From Patescibacteria group bacterium (GTDB lineage: Bacteria > Patescibacteriota > WWE3 > UBA101185 > UBA10185), in NCBI GenBank assembly GCA_026004595.1, contig BPJL01000005.1, forward strand, positions 11,263 to 75,262: a stretch of DNA of 64,000 bases. Direction: 5' to 3'. The notes under the pieces are model-generated. The model did no database searches. It worked only from the letters and a program-made list of their open reading frames with translations, and was not told the origin of the DNA. How positions within the stretch are numbered: position 1 is the first letter of the stretch; each line of letters opens with the position of its first letter. Shown here one piece after another: positions 19,849-30,609 of the stretch. A program made the position numbers and the translations under genes.

Positions 19849-20317
19849 TTATCTGGCCATATTGACAAGTTCTTCGAACTTTTCTTTCGCTCTATCAGAT
19901 CTACCAACCTTCTTTCTTTGTTCTTTATAAACCTCATTGAGTAGGGCGACGATCTCTTTTCTTGCCTGCTTAATATCAGCTCTGCTCCTAATCTGTGGTC
20001 CTCTGTTGTATATATCTTCACCCGCAAGTATCCGGTTGATTAACGCAAGACATGCATATTTCGTATCTCGCAAACGTCTTTTATCCCTGTTATAAGCATA
20101 TTTGTAGTACAGTTCTGCATGTCTTTTCAGATGGCACCATAAACATTCAAGAACTCCTCGACTGGGATCGTCATAATCATGATTTTTTTTCATGATCAAG
20201 ATGGCTACCATCAAGGCTCCAACCGTCCTTGCATTTCTTACCGCATGTAAAGCATTCGGCTTGTTCTCCCCCACTTCGCCGCCAAATCTCATTCAAAGAC
20301 TCTCTTGAAAAAGGCAT
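19849..20317 (-). CDS. HNH-like Zn-finger protein (frameshift at T8 20183-20190)
   Basis: ATG 20317 after AAGGAG; re-joined MPFSRESLNEIWRRSGGEQAECFTCG...SHLDHEKNHDYDDPSRGVLECLWCHLKRH. Confidence 0.7.
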
Positions 20318-21189
20318 TTCTCTCTCCTTTGTATTTTGTATAAAAAAACTATTATTATCTAATTACACAAAAACCCTACTTTAATATGTGCACTTTGTGA
20401 ATCATACTTAAATAAAGTTTACATAGCAATGTTTATTTTATTTTGAGCCTAATGATTAGCCAAATAGAAATAACAAAATCAAAAATTTCAACATTTTATG
20501 TAGGTAGATTAATCTCGTTTAATTTTGACCTCCATAAAGTACCGTTTGCTACTTCATGACTATTCTTGCCTATATTTAGGGCAGAGTACAATTCATAGAA
20601 AAGCAATATTTTTCACATACCATCTGATAACCTTTCACGCACTTGGTAAATTACCACCCAACCACCAGTCACAAGACATTTAACCATCCCTATATATGGA
20701 ATCTCTTTGTGTATTTGTAGTTTTGTTGTAGAAAACCTTTTGCAATTAAGTGGACTGAAAAATATTCAAATATTGAATTTTTTGAACATATCAATTAGAT
20801 TACAGGTACAATAATTTAGTTGTAAAATAATCAGTACCGGCTAAATATTGGTGGAGAAAACCTACAAGAAAGAACAGGTACTGGATCTGACTGATACACA
20901 AAAAGGATATTTTTTACCATCAGAAACCACGACCTTAAGCCGTAAGCATTTAACATATTAGACGATCCTTTAAGAGATTATCCAAGTGTAAAAATTTGTA
21001 TTGATTCAGATAGACTTCAATTGGGAAGGCTAGAAATAAAACCCCTAGTAGAATACACGTTTACAGAAGGTGGAAAAATCTTAAATTGTTTATTTGCCAT
21101 ACATAGAAACCATAGTTAGATATCGCAAACCCGGGGCAACCGATATTCCTTCTTTCAAAAAATCAATAAAATAACGGTATAATAATTAT

Positions 21190-22320
21190 ATGAAAAAAGT
21201 AACCCTGGCTCTTTTTTTTGTAGTAGCAGGAATTGTGTTATCTGCTGTTTATGCACAAGATCAATCTACAGAACTAAGACATTTCGAACCAAAACAAAGC
21301 AATTATGAAGGTGTGGTGCTAGATTCTATCAAAATAGATGACGGGAATCAGAGAGTTATTATTGAAATTACTAACGGGGATAAAAAAGGTAAATCTGTTG
21401 AATTAATAACTGGACTCAAGATTTCTGAAAATTTAGTAGGATACCAGAAGGGCGATAAAATCTTGCTTTTAAGTTTACAAGATCCAGCTTCAAATACAGA
21501 AACTTACTATATTACAGATTTCAATAGAACAAACTCACTATTTTGGCTTTTTATACTCTTTGCTTTTGTTGTTTTGATTGTAAGCAGAAAGTATGGTCTT
21601 AATTCACTTATTGGCATGGCTTACTCATTTTTTATTATCTTTAAATTTATACTGCCTGAGTTATTAAAAGGACATAACCCATTGTTAATTGCAATACTAG
21701 GGGCTTTATTCATTGCGCCGGTAACATTTTATCTATCACATGGGTTTAACAGAAAGACTTCGGTGGCTTTAATAAGTACCATCATTGCTTTATTTTTTAC
21801 CGGAATAATATCGTTGATTTTTATAAACATCTCTAAGTTAACGGGATTTGGCTCTGATGAAGCTTTTTTTCTTCAGGTTGCAAGAGAAGGTATTGTAAAT
21901 ATAAAGGGTATATTCTTAGCTGGAATAATTATAGGTACACTGGGTATATTGGACGATGTTACAGTAACCCAATCTTCGATAGTTTATCAGTTAAAAAGCT
22001 CTGTTAGGGGGATAGGAGATTGGGAGCTATACAAAAAAGCCATGGAGGTAGGGCACGATCATATTGCTTCAACTGTTAACACATTAGTTTTGGTCTATAC
22101 AGGCGCGGCGTTACCCCTACTGTTACTTTTTATAAACTCTTCAAAAAGTTTTGGTGAAGCAATCAACGCAGAGATTATTGCAGATGAAGTTGTAAGAACT
22201 TTGGTAAGTAGTATAGGTCTTGTTTTAGCTGTGCCTATAAGTACAATTTTAGCAGTTTATTTTATTACACCTTCTCAAAAAAACACTGAATCAAAAATCT
22301 ATCGTAATCACCATATCTAG
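21190..22320 (+). CDS. YibE/F family membrane protein
   Basis: YITDFNR, IIIGTLGILDDVTVTQ, VNTLVLVYTG, SSIGLVLAVP. Confidence 0.9.
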   Translation: MKKVTLALFFVVAGIVLSAVYAQDQSTELRHFEPKQSNYEGVVLDSIKIDDGNQRVIIEITNGDKKGKSVELITGLKISENLVGYQKGDKILLLSLQDPASNTETYYITDFNRTNSLFWLFILFAFVVLIVSRKYGLNSLIGMAYSFFIIFKFILPELLKGHNPLLIAILGALFIAPVTFYLSHGFNRKTSVALISTIIALFFTGIISLIFINISKLTGFGSDEAFFLQVAREGIVNIKGIFLAGIIIGTLGILDDVTVTQSSIVYQLKSSVRGIGDWELYKKAMEVGHDHIASTVNTLVLVYTGAALPLLLLFINSSKSFGEAINAEIIADEVVRTLVSSIGLVLAVPISTILAVYFITPSQKNTESKIYRNHHI

Positions 22321-22546
22321 TCTTTAACTAGGTATTTTGTGAAAATAGCTCTGATGAGAATATCCGGGTCTTGTTAAACACTTAAGTTATTACAGTTTCC
22401 CTCGTGTCATTTGCTTTGAATGGTAAATTTACAATACTTGGAAAATTTAGATTGTTACGTATTATTAAATCAATACTTGACTTTAGTAGTTCAAAATTCT
22501 CCTCTCTAATAAATGTTGCGTTCCTAGCAACTTAGAGTTAGCATAT

Positions 22547-22855
22547 ATGAATATGCCTTCATATAACTGTATGTTAAACAATAGCGAAGAATCTAAGAAA
22601 ATATCCGATGTTTCATCTGTGCTAAAACTAATAAGTGAAGAAAGCAGATTAAAAATATTGTGCACTCTGAGACAGAATGAGCACTGTGTATGCGAAATTA
22701 TGGAGTACACAAAACTATCTCAAAGTTTAATCTCGCACCATCTAAAAGATCTAAAAGATTCTGAGCTTGTTTCCGACGAAAAAAAAGGCCAGTTCGTTTT
22801 TTACTCACTAACTGATAAAGGTCATAGAATTATTGATATGCTTTTACAGCTGTAG
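22547..22855 (+). CDS. arsR: ArsR/SmtB family metalloregulator
   Basis: RLKIL...EHCVCEI...SQSLISHHLKDL HTH with CVC motif. Confidence 0.88.
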   Translation: MNMPSYNCMLNNSEESKKISDVSSVLKLISEESRLKILCTLRQNEHCVCEIMEYTKLSQSLISHHLKDLKDSELVSDEKKGQFVFYSLTDKGHRIIDMLLQL

Positions 22856-22896
22856 ATTATAAAAAATTTATATATTTTTGTGAAAGGAAAAATTAA

Positions 22897-23151
22897 ATGA
22901 AAATACAAATATTGGGTTCTGGTTGTCCAACCTGCAAAAAACTACACGAAGTAGTTCAAAAGATTGTTCAAGATGAAAAAATGGATGCTGAGATCGAATA
23001 TATTACTGGTTCCGAGGGTATGCAAAAGATCATAGAAATGAACCAGATGAGCAGTCCTGTCTTGGTGGTAGATGAAAAAGTAGCGATGGTAGGATTTACA
23101 CCAGACATAGATAAAATTAAGCAGAAAATTTTAGACGCAGTAGGTAAATAA
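22897..23151 (+). CDS. Small redox-active disulfide protein (thioredoxin-like, MTH895 type)
   Basis: MKIQILGSGCPTC...SSPVLVVD. Confidence 0.88.
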   Translation: MKIQILGSGCPTCKKLHEVVQKIVQDEKMDAEIEYITGSEGMQKIIEMNQMSSPVLVVDEKVAMVGFTPDIDKIKQKILDAVGK

Positions 23152-23154
23152 GAT

Positions 23155-24135
23155 ATGGATATTTTTGCTCCCATTCAACTCTTTGCTGATGTCGTAACTT
23201 ATAATCTATTTGGTATTGCCAAATATTCATATTGGGGCGATACGATAAACTTTTTTATTTATGATGTTATAAAAATCGGTTTATTATTAGTTGTTATTAA
23301 TTACTTCATGGCCTATGTTCGATACAACTTTCCAATGGGTAAAGTTAGGGACATGTTAACAAAGAGAAGATGGTTTGGTCTGGACTACCTTTTTGCTGCT
23401 GTTCTTGGTGTTATAACACCATTCTGCTCCTGTTCATCAATTCCGCTATTTATTGGTTTTTTGGGAGCAGGAATCCCGCTAGGAGTAACATTTGCTTTTC
23501 TCATCAGCTCGCCTTTGGTAAATGAATCATCACTCTACCTGTTTCCTGCTATGTTTGGAATGAGGGTAACTATTATTTATAACGTTGTAGGAGTAACGAT
23601 TTCTATGTTAGGCGGGATGCTTATACAAAAGCTGAATGTTGATAAATTTGTAAAAAAAGAATTACTAAGATTCAAATCAAAGCAAGAGGTAGAAATAGAA
23701 AACGGTGGCGAAAAGATGCCTTTAAAAGATTTACTAGTCTATTTTTGGAAAGACGGCTGGTTGATAACAAAAGAGGTATTCCCCTATGTATTACTTGGTG
23801 TGGGCATAGGTGCCCTTATTCATGGTTTCGTACCAGCGTCTATCGTAGAACAGTATCTCGCAGGAAATGGGTTTTGGGCTGTTCCTGTAGCTACACTTCT
23901 AGGAGCACCGTTATATGCTAACTCAGTTAGTGTGATACCTGTTATGGAAGCACTGGTTGGAAAAGGTGTGCCTCTTGGAACAGCATTGGCATTTATGACT
24001 TCTATAGTTACTGTTTCAGTGCCGTCAGCTTTGATTCTAAAAAAGGTTATGAAATGGCAACTTTTAACTTTGTTTTTCGGTATAACGCTGACAGGTATTG
24101 TAATGATGGGATACATATTTAATGCAGTTCTCTAA
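23155..24135 (+). CDS. ArsP/DUF318 family permease
   Basis: TPFCSCSSIP, FLISSPLVNE, PLYAN; ars-type context. Confidence 0.88.
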   Translation: MDIFAPIQLFADVVTYNLFGIAKYSYWGDTINFFIYDVIKIGLLLVVINYFMAYVRYNFPMGKVRDMLTKRRWFGLDYLFAAVLGVITPFCSCSSIPLFIGFLGAGIPLGVTFAFLISSPLVNESSLYLFPAMFGMRVTIIYNVVGVTISMLGGMLIQKLNVDKFVKKELLRFKSKQEVEIENGGEKMPLKDLLVYFWKDGWLITKEVFPYVLLGVGIGALIHGFVPASIVEQYLAGNGFWAVPVATLLGAPLYANSVSVIPVMEALVGKGVPLGTALAFMTSIVTVSVPSALILKKVMKWQLLTLFFGITLTGIVMMGYIFNAVL

Positions 24136-24448
24136 GGACACGAGTGTAAAGACTCAAATAACAATACTGATAATTATAGTTATGGGTTTACTGATAATCT
24201 TTACGAAGCCGAGAAACAATACAAGTTCGGAAGGAACAAATCAAGCGATGCCAAAAGGAAGCTCTGCTCAATCAACATCGCCAATAACGCCAGTCTCAAT
24301 AATTATGCTAATATAGTAACATCTTCTAGGTTTTGCAAAAAAGCTGCACCTAATCTGCTACGAACCCTCGACTAGTTCTTACCTGTAACACCTATCGCAT
24401 AAAGCACACTTAATCTTAATCCTAAAATATGTGAGCTGAATAATCAAT

Positions 24449-24481
24449 AAAAAAGGACTTGACGATTTGGTCGCAAGTCCT
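24449..24481 (-). terminator. Intrinsic terminator of the alpha/beta hydrolase gene
   Basis: AGGACTTG / CAAGTCCT stem with an A-run on the left (U-tail on the minus strand). Confidence 0.6.
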
Positions 24482-25248
24482 CACTTATGGGCCAAATAAT
24501 CAAGCACAGTAGAGTTAAACTCGTTAGCAGATTCTATGTGCGCGTTATGACCTCCTTTAATTAATACAAGCCTAGACCCCCTAATCAGCGAGTGAAGCCT
24601 TTTTCCCACTTTTACAGACAGCACATTGTCGTCCTCTCCCCATATAATCAATGTCGGCACATTTATGTTCCCCGCTACTTCTGAAAGGTCGGCCCTCGTT
24701 ACTAATTTTTTAACCTCCCATTTGTAGTCGCTCTCGTCTTTCTTTACTCTCGTAACAAAATAGAAAGCCCTTCTGGCGGAAGATTCCAATGAGGGGAATG
24801 CATTCTTGACGAGTAGTTTTCCCAAGCTCGCCAGTGAAACTTTCATGTTCGACCACGCGCCGTGTTTCTCAACACCTGCAGATGCTACAAGTATTAGATG
24901 GGATAGATCGTGTGGCCATTTGCTCGCATAATACAATGCAATGCGGCCTCCAAAACTTTTGCCCACCATCACATAATTGTTAATACTCAATTTCTCTACA
25001 AAACTTCTTACAAACTCAGCGTATTCCTTAACCCCCCTGATGTTTTTTGGTGTGTCGCTAATTCCAAATCCTGGTAAGTCAATAGCAACACAATCAAAGT
25101 ATTTTCTTAATTCCCTTATGTTTGGTTCCCACGAACTGCTTGAACCGCCCCAGCCATGCAAAAAAAGAATCGTAGCTCCGGGCCTTTCGGTTTCGCACGA
25201 TCTGTCGTACAAAACCCTCAAACCGTTTATCTCTATTTCGCTACTCAT
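24481..25248 (-). CDS. Alpha/beta fold hydrolase
   Basis: LHGWG, DLPGFG, GKSFGG nucleophile elbow, WGEDD, GH. Confidence 0.9.
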   Translation of the reverse strand: MSSEIEINGLRVLYDRSCETERPGATILFLHGWGGSSSSWEPNIRELRKYFDCVAIDLPGFGISDTPKNIRGVKEYAEFVRSFVEKLSINNYVMVGKSFGGRIALYYASKWPHDLSHLILVASAGVEKHGAWSNMKVSLASLGKLLVKNAFPSLESSARRAFYFVTRVKKDESDYKWEVKKLVTRADLSEVAGNINVPTLIIWGEDDNVLSVKVGKRLHSLIRGSRLVLIKGGHNAHIESANEFNSTVLDYLAHK

Positions 25249-25286
25249 TGTACCTTACTCCTTCCTTATATTTTGGTTGCGGTATT

Positions 25287-26576
25287 TTACCATGTTTCAT
25301 TTATATAGGACTCCGGATCGAAACCTTTTTGTCTAGTAGAAAGTGCCTTATGGAATACCGCGTAGCCTTCTACACGGTTTCTCATTATATCGCTGAATTT
25401 TTCTTTATCCACAAAGTTCGCTTTTACTGGCAGACGTTCTCTGTTTTTAGGGGTATCTAAAACAAAGGTTTTGTCTGCCTCGAAAACCTTCTCTAAAAGA
25501 TCTTTAAAACCTTGGGGGTCCTCGTCTGCAAAATCAATAGATTCGACCATAAACCAGGGCGAGCTCCCATCTAAAGTTTCAAACCAGCTCCACAATCTGC
25601 CACCTCCAGAGGTTTCTCCATGGAAAAAAATACTCTTCCCTCTATAACTAACGGTTAGTAATCTATTTTCAACGGGTTCGAAGGTTTCGTATGCACGAGC
25701 TAGATTATTCATAGAAAGATTTAATTCGTTTGCTAAAAGTTTTCCAACAGTAAACATTTCAGCAGTCCGCAGGGTAGGTGGAAGCAGGGTATTCTTTATT
25801 CCTTCGGGCAATTCAACATCAAATCCATTCCAACCTTCTGGTGTCGGAACGGCCAATTCTGAAACAACCTTATTATTAATATAGCCTACGCTTTTAGCTG
25901 GTTTGATTCTAATCTTGGAGTCAAAGATATCTTTTTTATTTTCAAACATACCTGGGTTTATGTGAGTGTTATAAATATTTGTCAGAAAAGCAATATTTGG
26001 GGGCAATAATTCAGATAATTTAGCAACATGATCCTTCAAATATGTGCTATATTCCATTACTACAAACTGGGTACCCTGATCCACTCGGTTTATGTAGTGG
26101 CACATAACTGAAAGGGGAGTAAGACGTTTTGAGTAAAACCTAACAACGTTAGTATCTGATTCTTTTAACAAATGTTCCAGGAAAGCCACTGTTGTAGTTT
26201 TACCCACAGAACCCGTAACACCAATAATATAGGGGTCGGTATTGTTTCTTGCATATTCATACAGCTTATGTGCAAAAGTATCAAGGTTTATAACCTTCAA
26301 AAATTCAGCGCCGCCAACATCTGTACCTTCTTCAATCCCCAAATGCCAGCCTTTATCAAAAGCGACCTTTGCGGCTGTTGGCCTTCTGTCAAACTCATAG
26401 CTCCAACCGCCCTCGCCCAATGAATGAGTAGTTAGATACAAGTTTGACTTGAGCTCTTCCGGTCTTTGAGGGATTGCGACTATATCAATCCATTGATATT
26501 TAGGATTATATTTAATATTGCTTTCCAGCACTTCGTCCCCGGCTATGCTTGTTATTTCTTCCTTAGTAAACCCCAC
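25287..26576 (-). CDS. Divergent Mur-ligase-like ATP-dependent protein
   Basis: IIGVTGSVGKTTT, VVMEYS, PNIAFLTNI...H (MurF-like middle domain); termini atypical. Confidence 0.65.
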   Translation of the reverse strand: MGFTKEEITSIAGDEVLESNIKYNPKYQWIDIVAIPQRPEELKSNLYLTTHSLGEGGWSYEFDRRPTAAKVAFDKGWHLGIEEGTDVGGAEFLKVINLDTFAHKLYEYARNNTDPYIIGVTGSVGKTTTVAFLEHLLKESDTNVVRFYSKRLTPLSVMCHYINRVDQGTQFVVMEYSTYLKDHVAKLSELLPPNIAFLTNIYNTHINPGMFENKKDIFDSKIRIKPAKSVGYINNKVVSELAVPTPEGWNGFDVELPEGIKNTLLPPTLRTAEMFTVGKLLANELNLSMNNLARAYETFEPVENRLLTVSYRGKSIFFHGETSGGGRLWSWFETLDGSSPWFMVESIDFADEDPQGFKDLLEKVFEADKTFVLDTPKNRERLPVKANFVDKEKFSDIMRNRVEGYAVFHKALSTRQKGFDPESYINETW

Positions 26577-26768
26577 CCCTATATTTTATACTATTCTCTT
26601 TATAATATGCCCAGCATGCGGAAACTCGTTTTTATTGAAATTTAAGCTCTATCTTCCATCTGATGCTAATTAATTTACCTTTAGAACACAGGTTTTTTTA
26701 AAAAAATTGTGCAGTTAGTATAGAAAATAGTTAGAGAGGCCAAATTGACTTATAGTTTATTACTCGTA

Positions 26769-27503
26769 TTATTCTTTGCCCATTAAATATACTGTTTTAA
26801 GAAGTCTTTCTAATCCCTCCTTACCTATTCTAGTTGACCCCAAGGCCTCAGAAACACCTTTAATAAATTCATCGGGGCTTGAAGTCTCTGCAACCTTAAG
26901 AATTTCCTCTAATCTTTTATTGATTTTTTTCATCTTTTCTTCCATTTGCTTCCTTTCTGCCACTTGCTCCATTTCCTGCAACACTTCCCCCGGGTTTTCA
27001 TACCCATTAAGCTGTTTCACGATCATGCCAAAAGAACAGGCTATCTTCTTACCCTCAAAGGTAGTTTCGGGCTTCAGAGCTTGCTTAACTTTGTTTATAC
27101 TTTCCTCTAGGTCATTGGTTTCTGTAAATACAAAAAGAATCCTAAACTCATCCCCTCCTGCTTGAGGCCTCCATAATAAAAAATAACCGCTTTCCTCTAA
27201 TCCCTCAACAGCTTTATTTTTTTCATCAATAACTTTTTTTATTGCTTCGTTAGTTTTTGCATGACCTAATGAATCATTTAGGTGTTTTAGGTTATCCATA
27301 TCCGCATCAACAAATACTATAGTACCTTTCTCGTTAATTCCCTTTGTTATCAATTCCATTATTCTTGCTCTAGCTTTAGGAGTTTCAAAAGGATGTGAAG
27401 ATATTGGGTCAACATTTAATTCATTAGAAAATAATTCATGAGACAAATTTCTAATATTTCTTGTGCTCTCTATAGAGGCCATACCCTCGTTTATATTTGA
27501 CAT
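26769..27503 (-). CDS. Stand-alone GGDEF domain protein (putative diguanylate cyclase)
   Basis: DMDNLKHLNDSLGH, AGGDEF and CSFG. Confidence 0.75.
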   Translation of the reverse strand: MSNINEGMASIESTRNIRNLSHELFSNELNVDPISSHPFETPKARARIMELITKGINEKGTIVFVDADMDNLKHLNDSLGHAKTNEAIKKVIDEKNKAVEGLEESGYFLLWRPQAGGDEFRILFVFTETNDLEESINKVKQALKPETTFEGKKIACSFGMIVKQLNGYENPGEVLQEMEQVAERKQMEEKMKKINKRLEEILKVAETSSPDEFIKGVSEALGSTRIGKEGLERLLKTVYLMGKE

Positions 27504-27724
27504 AAAATTATTAAAACCCGATATACGAACAGAATACAAGCATGTAATTATATTAAATTAAACTAATGTTAAAGTCGAGAAACAAAAATTATGCTTTTTT
27601 ATTTTAAAATTAATAAATAAAATATCTGACTTATACGAATGATGTATAAACAAATGAACATTACTGCTTCGTAATAAGTTATACTATTTACTTAATACAT
27701 TTTACCTTTATATAACTAACACAA

Positions 27725-28063
27725 ATGACAAAACACTATAAACAAAATAAAAAAAGAGCCAATCTAATTATCACCAAACTCGCAAGGCATTTTGCCGCCC
27801 TCTACAATGTAAAAATTAACCGTATATCTATAAGAAACCAAAAAACCCGGTGGGGAAGCTGCTCTAAATCGGGAAATTTAAATTTCAACTACAAATTGAT
27901 ATTTCTTCCACAAGAACTTAGAAACTATGTGATAATTCACGAGATATGCCATCTTCTGGAATTCAACCATTCGAAAAAATTCTGGGCGCAGGTTGAGATT
28001 TTGGTGCCGAACTACAAAGAAGTAAGAAAAGTTTTGCGATTCACACATACCCCTCATCTCTAG
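27725..28063 (+). CDS. YgjP/DUF45-like M48 metallohydrolase
   Basis: KTRWGSCS, YVIIHEICHL and NHSKKFW. Confidence 0.9.
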   Translation: MTKHYKQNKKRANLIITKLARHFAALYNVKINRISIRNQKTRWGSCSKSGNLNFNYKLIFLPQELRNYVIIHEICHLLEFNHSKKFWAQVEILVPNYKEVRKVLRFTHTPHL

Positions 28064-28500
28064 ATACTATAAAATTTACCTACCAAGAATTTTTTAGTGT
28101 GACAAAAAATAATTCCATAATAATTTCAGAAATATATACATATAAGCAACAGAAAAAGAGTGTTGAGAATAGTAAAGGCTTTTGTAGGCTTAGTTGTTAA
28201 AACCAGGTTTATTGCTAAAAACAAGAAATGTTGTAAAAACTACCTGTCATGAAAAAGGACGATGCCACAAGATTTAACATGAATGCTTTAACTCAATATT
28301 TAGAGATAATGATTTCATTGATAGTTCTATAACACTGTCCTCAAATACATGAAAACCGCACAGCATGATGTCAGTGGTTTCCAATACACATCACAGAATG
28401 TCTGAAGTACAAATTTTAAATTAAATTTAGCGCTAGTCTCTTTAGATATAAAAATTTTCAAAAGCTTTTCTTTTAAAGAATGTATAATTATTATCACATT

Positions 28501-29358
28501 ATGTTCGCACCAATAATTGCGGTCACCTCATCTTTCATCGATCAACTTGGATCAAGTATTATAAAGAAGTCTGAAAATGAACCTATTTACCCGGCTTCCG
28601 TTTGGGAATCTGGTTTATTAGTGGTAACAAGCGGATCCTTGATAATTTTTGCGTATGTTTTTATAAAAGGAGAAACTTATATAAACCCCGAAAAGGCGTG
28701 GTTGTTTATCCCAAGAGTTGGCCTTGAAATTTTGCAGATATATGTAACTTATACAGCTCTAAAATTAGCTGACCTTAGTAGTTTTAACTTTCTACGGGTC
28801 TTTTCAATAGTTTTTGTTGTCATTATTGAAATACTTTTTTTGGGCAGTGTACTCAGACACATTCAATACCTAGGAGTCATTGTTATTTTTGTTTCTACTC
28901 TATTTATATTCAGACACGGAATTAAACAGATATTGGGGTGGAAATATTTAATTTTCTCTGCCATTAATGGGGGCCTGTTAAATGTTATTGCTAAATACCA
29001 GTTTACTTTTAATAATCCATACTTAAATGAAGCAGTAGTCCGAATCTTATTGATTTTATTTCTGGCCCTTATTGTGAAAGTCAAGTTCGGAAAAAATAAA
29101 CTTGGCCATACAAGGTTGGTTATGAAATACAACAAATCATTCATTTTTTTAATACCTATCAGGGCAGTTGTAGGTATGCTCAACATAGCCGCATTGAACT
29201 TGGGAGCCGCTGCTGTTTATTCTACGGCAGAACGAGCGGGATCAGTTCTATCCGGAGTCGCATTAGGTCATACGATGTTTAAAGAAAAATCGCTAGTAGA
29301 AAAGATACTGGTTGCTCTTGGTATTACCTTAGGATTAATACTACTTGTGATTGGTTAA
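28501..29358 (+). CDS. EamA/DMT-like transporter
   Basis: About 10 TM segments in two repeats; C-terminal FKEK...LGITLGLILL. Confidence 0.65.
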   Translation: MFAPIIAVTSSFIDQLGSSIIKKSENEPIYPASVWESGLLVVTSGSLIIFAYVFIKGETYINPEKAWLFIPRVGLEILQIYVTYTALKLADLSSFNFLRVFSIVFVVIIEILFLGSVLRHIQYLGVIVIFVSTLFIFRHGIKQILGWKYLIFSAINGGLLNVIAKYQFTFNNPYLNEAVVRILLILFLALIVKVKFGKNKLGHTRLVMKYNKSFIFLIPIRAVVGMLNIAALNLGAAAVYSTAERAGSVLSGVALGHTMFKEKSLVEKILVALGITLGLILLVIG

Positions 29359-29495
29359 TAATCTATCGATTGTTGGAGATCACATTATCGCATTGCGTAT
29401 TATAAATCTAAACTAAACCCATCAGGTGGCGTTTGGTTTTATTTTTATTATAATATCAACACAAAATCAATATCCCTAAAAGAAAGGAGAATACT

Positions 29496-30263
29496 ATGAG
29501 AAAGGCAGCCCTTGTGTTACTTGTGGCCTGTTTATTCCTTGTAGTAACCGACATAGGGAAGGCAGCGGCCCCGATCAACGTTCCGCCGTCACTGATGCTA
29601 CATTCGCACAGTGCGGAGTTCTTGCCGGAATTTCTTGACTTGATAAGTCAGGAAGGCTACACAACGATAACCTACAGAGACTATGCCGAGGCTTTATCGT
29701 GCCGCCTTCCGCAAAAGAAGTACATAATCATCTCTATAGATGATTTCGGTCCAAATGGAATCACACCATCTTTGAGAACAATGACCGAGGAACTCAAAAA
29801 GCGGGATATGGTGGCTGTAATTGGCTTAATAACAGGCAGATTGGATGCTGAGTCATGGAATTACCTTTCAGAGCTAGAGAAGGCCGGTTTTGAGATTGCT
29901 TCGCACACCTTAAACCACAGTTATCTTCCAGGACTATCCTCAAATACCCTGAAAGAAGAAGTCCTGGGTTCGTCTAACGTTATCTCTGAACATTTGGCAA
30001 AGCCAGTCAGCCTAATACTGCCTTATGGTGGATTTGACCAAGACAAGAGGATAATAGAGGCCGCTCAAAATGCTGGGTATAAATTTATTGTTGGAATATC
30101 GGGCGGAGAGCAGGTTGACGAAACAAGTAATATCTACTATGTTGGCCGTGAATCACCCAACATTAAGTCGGCCAAAAAAACGCTGGTAATTCTGGAGGAA
30201 AGGTTTGCAACGCAGAACAACGGGCGGTGCAAATTCCAGTTCAGCGTCAAGAAAAAACTATAA
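29496..30263 (+). CDS. Polysaccharide deacetylase (CE4), secreted
   Basis: Signal peptide, ISIDDF, EIASHTLNH, LPYG. Confidence 0.85.
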   Translation: MRKAALVLLVACLFLVVTDIGKAAAPINVPPSLMLHSHSAEFLPEFLDLISQEGYTTITYRDYAEALSCRLPQKKYIIISIDDFGPNGITPSLRTMTEELKKRDMVAVIGLITGRLDAESWNYLSELEKAGFEIASHTLNHSYLPGLSSNTLKEEVLGSSNVISEHLAKPVSLILPYGGFDQDKRIIEAAQNAGYKFIVGISGGEQVDETSNIYYVGRESPNIKSAKKTLVILEERFATQNNGRCKFQFSVKKKL

Positions 30264-30277
30264 AAAGCTAGAGTGAT

Positions 30278-30325
30278 ACGGGCGTTTTACTGAGAATTGG
30301 TCGATGCTAAAACGCCCGTCTTTTT
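30278..30325 (+). terminator. Intrinsic terminator
   Basis: ACGGGCGTTTTA / TAAAACGCCCGT followed by a T-run. Confidence 0.6.
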
Positions 30326-30609
30326 AGCTACAAAATAAATATAAAGGGAACTTTAGGCAAAGGAAAAACTCATGCACCTAATTTCATCGCAAACATCGTA
30401 ATCTTCGGAATTTATATTGATCTGAGTTTCATAATAGCGCTTTGTAAATTTAAAATTTTGTCACGGTGTGTTGATATCACGGTGGGGCAAGTCTGCTGGT
30501 TTCCACAACCTTCAACGCTACAGGCCTCTCCCCAACACCCATCTTTCTTTCTACTTTTATTTATAATACGCGCTGGAATTTTACTATAGAGAGCATAAAG
30601 CACTGTGTG

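Noticed and set aside
24330-24410. GTCGAGGGTTCG on the minus strand resembling a tRNA T-arm or att site
   Set aside because: No complementary T-stem, acceptor stem or anticodon arm can be formed.
26769-27503. Cas10/mCpol or CBASS-type cyclase
   Set aside because: The motifs match GGDEF (D.D.LK..ND..GH), and there are no cas, CARF or effector genes nearby.
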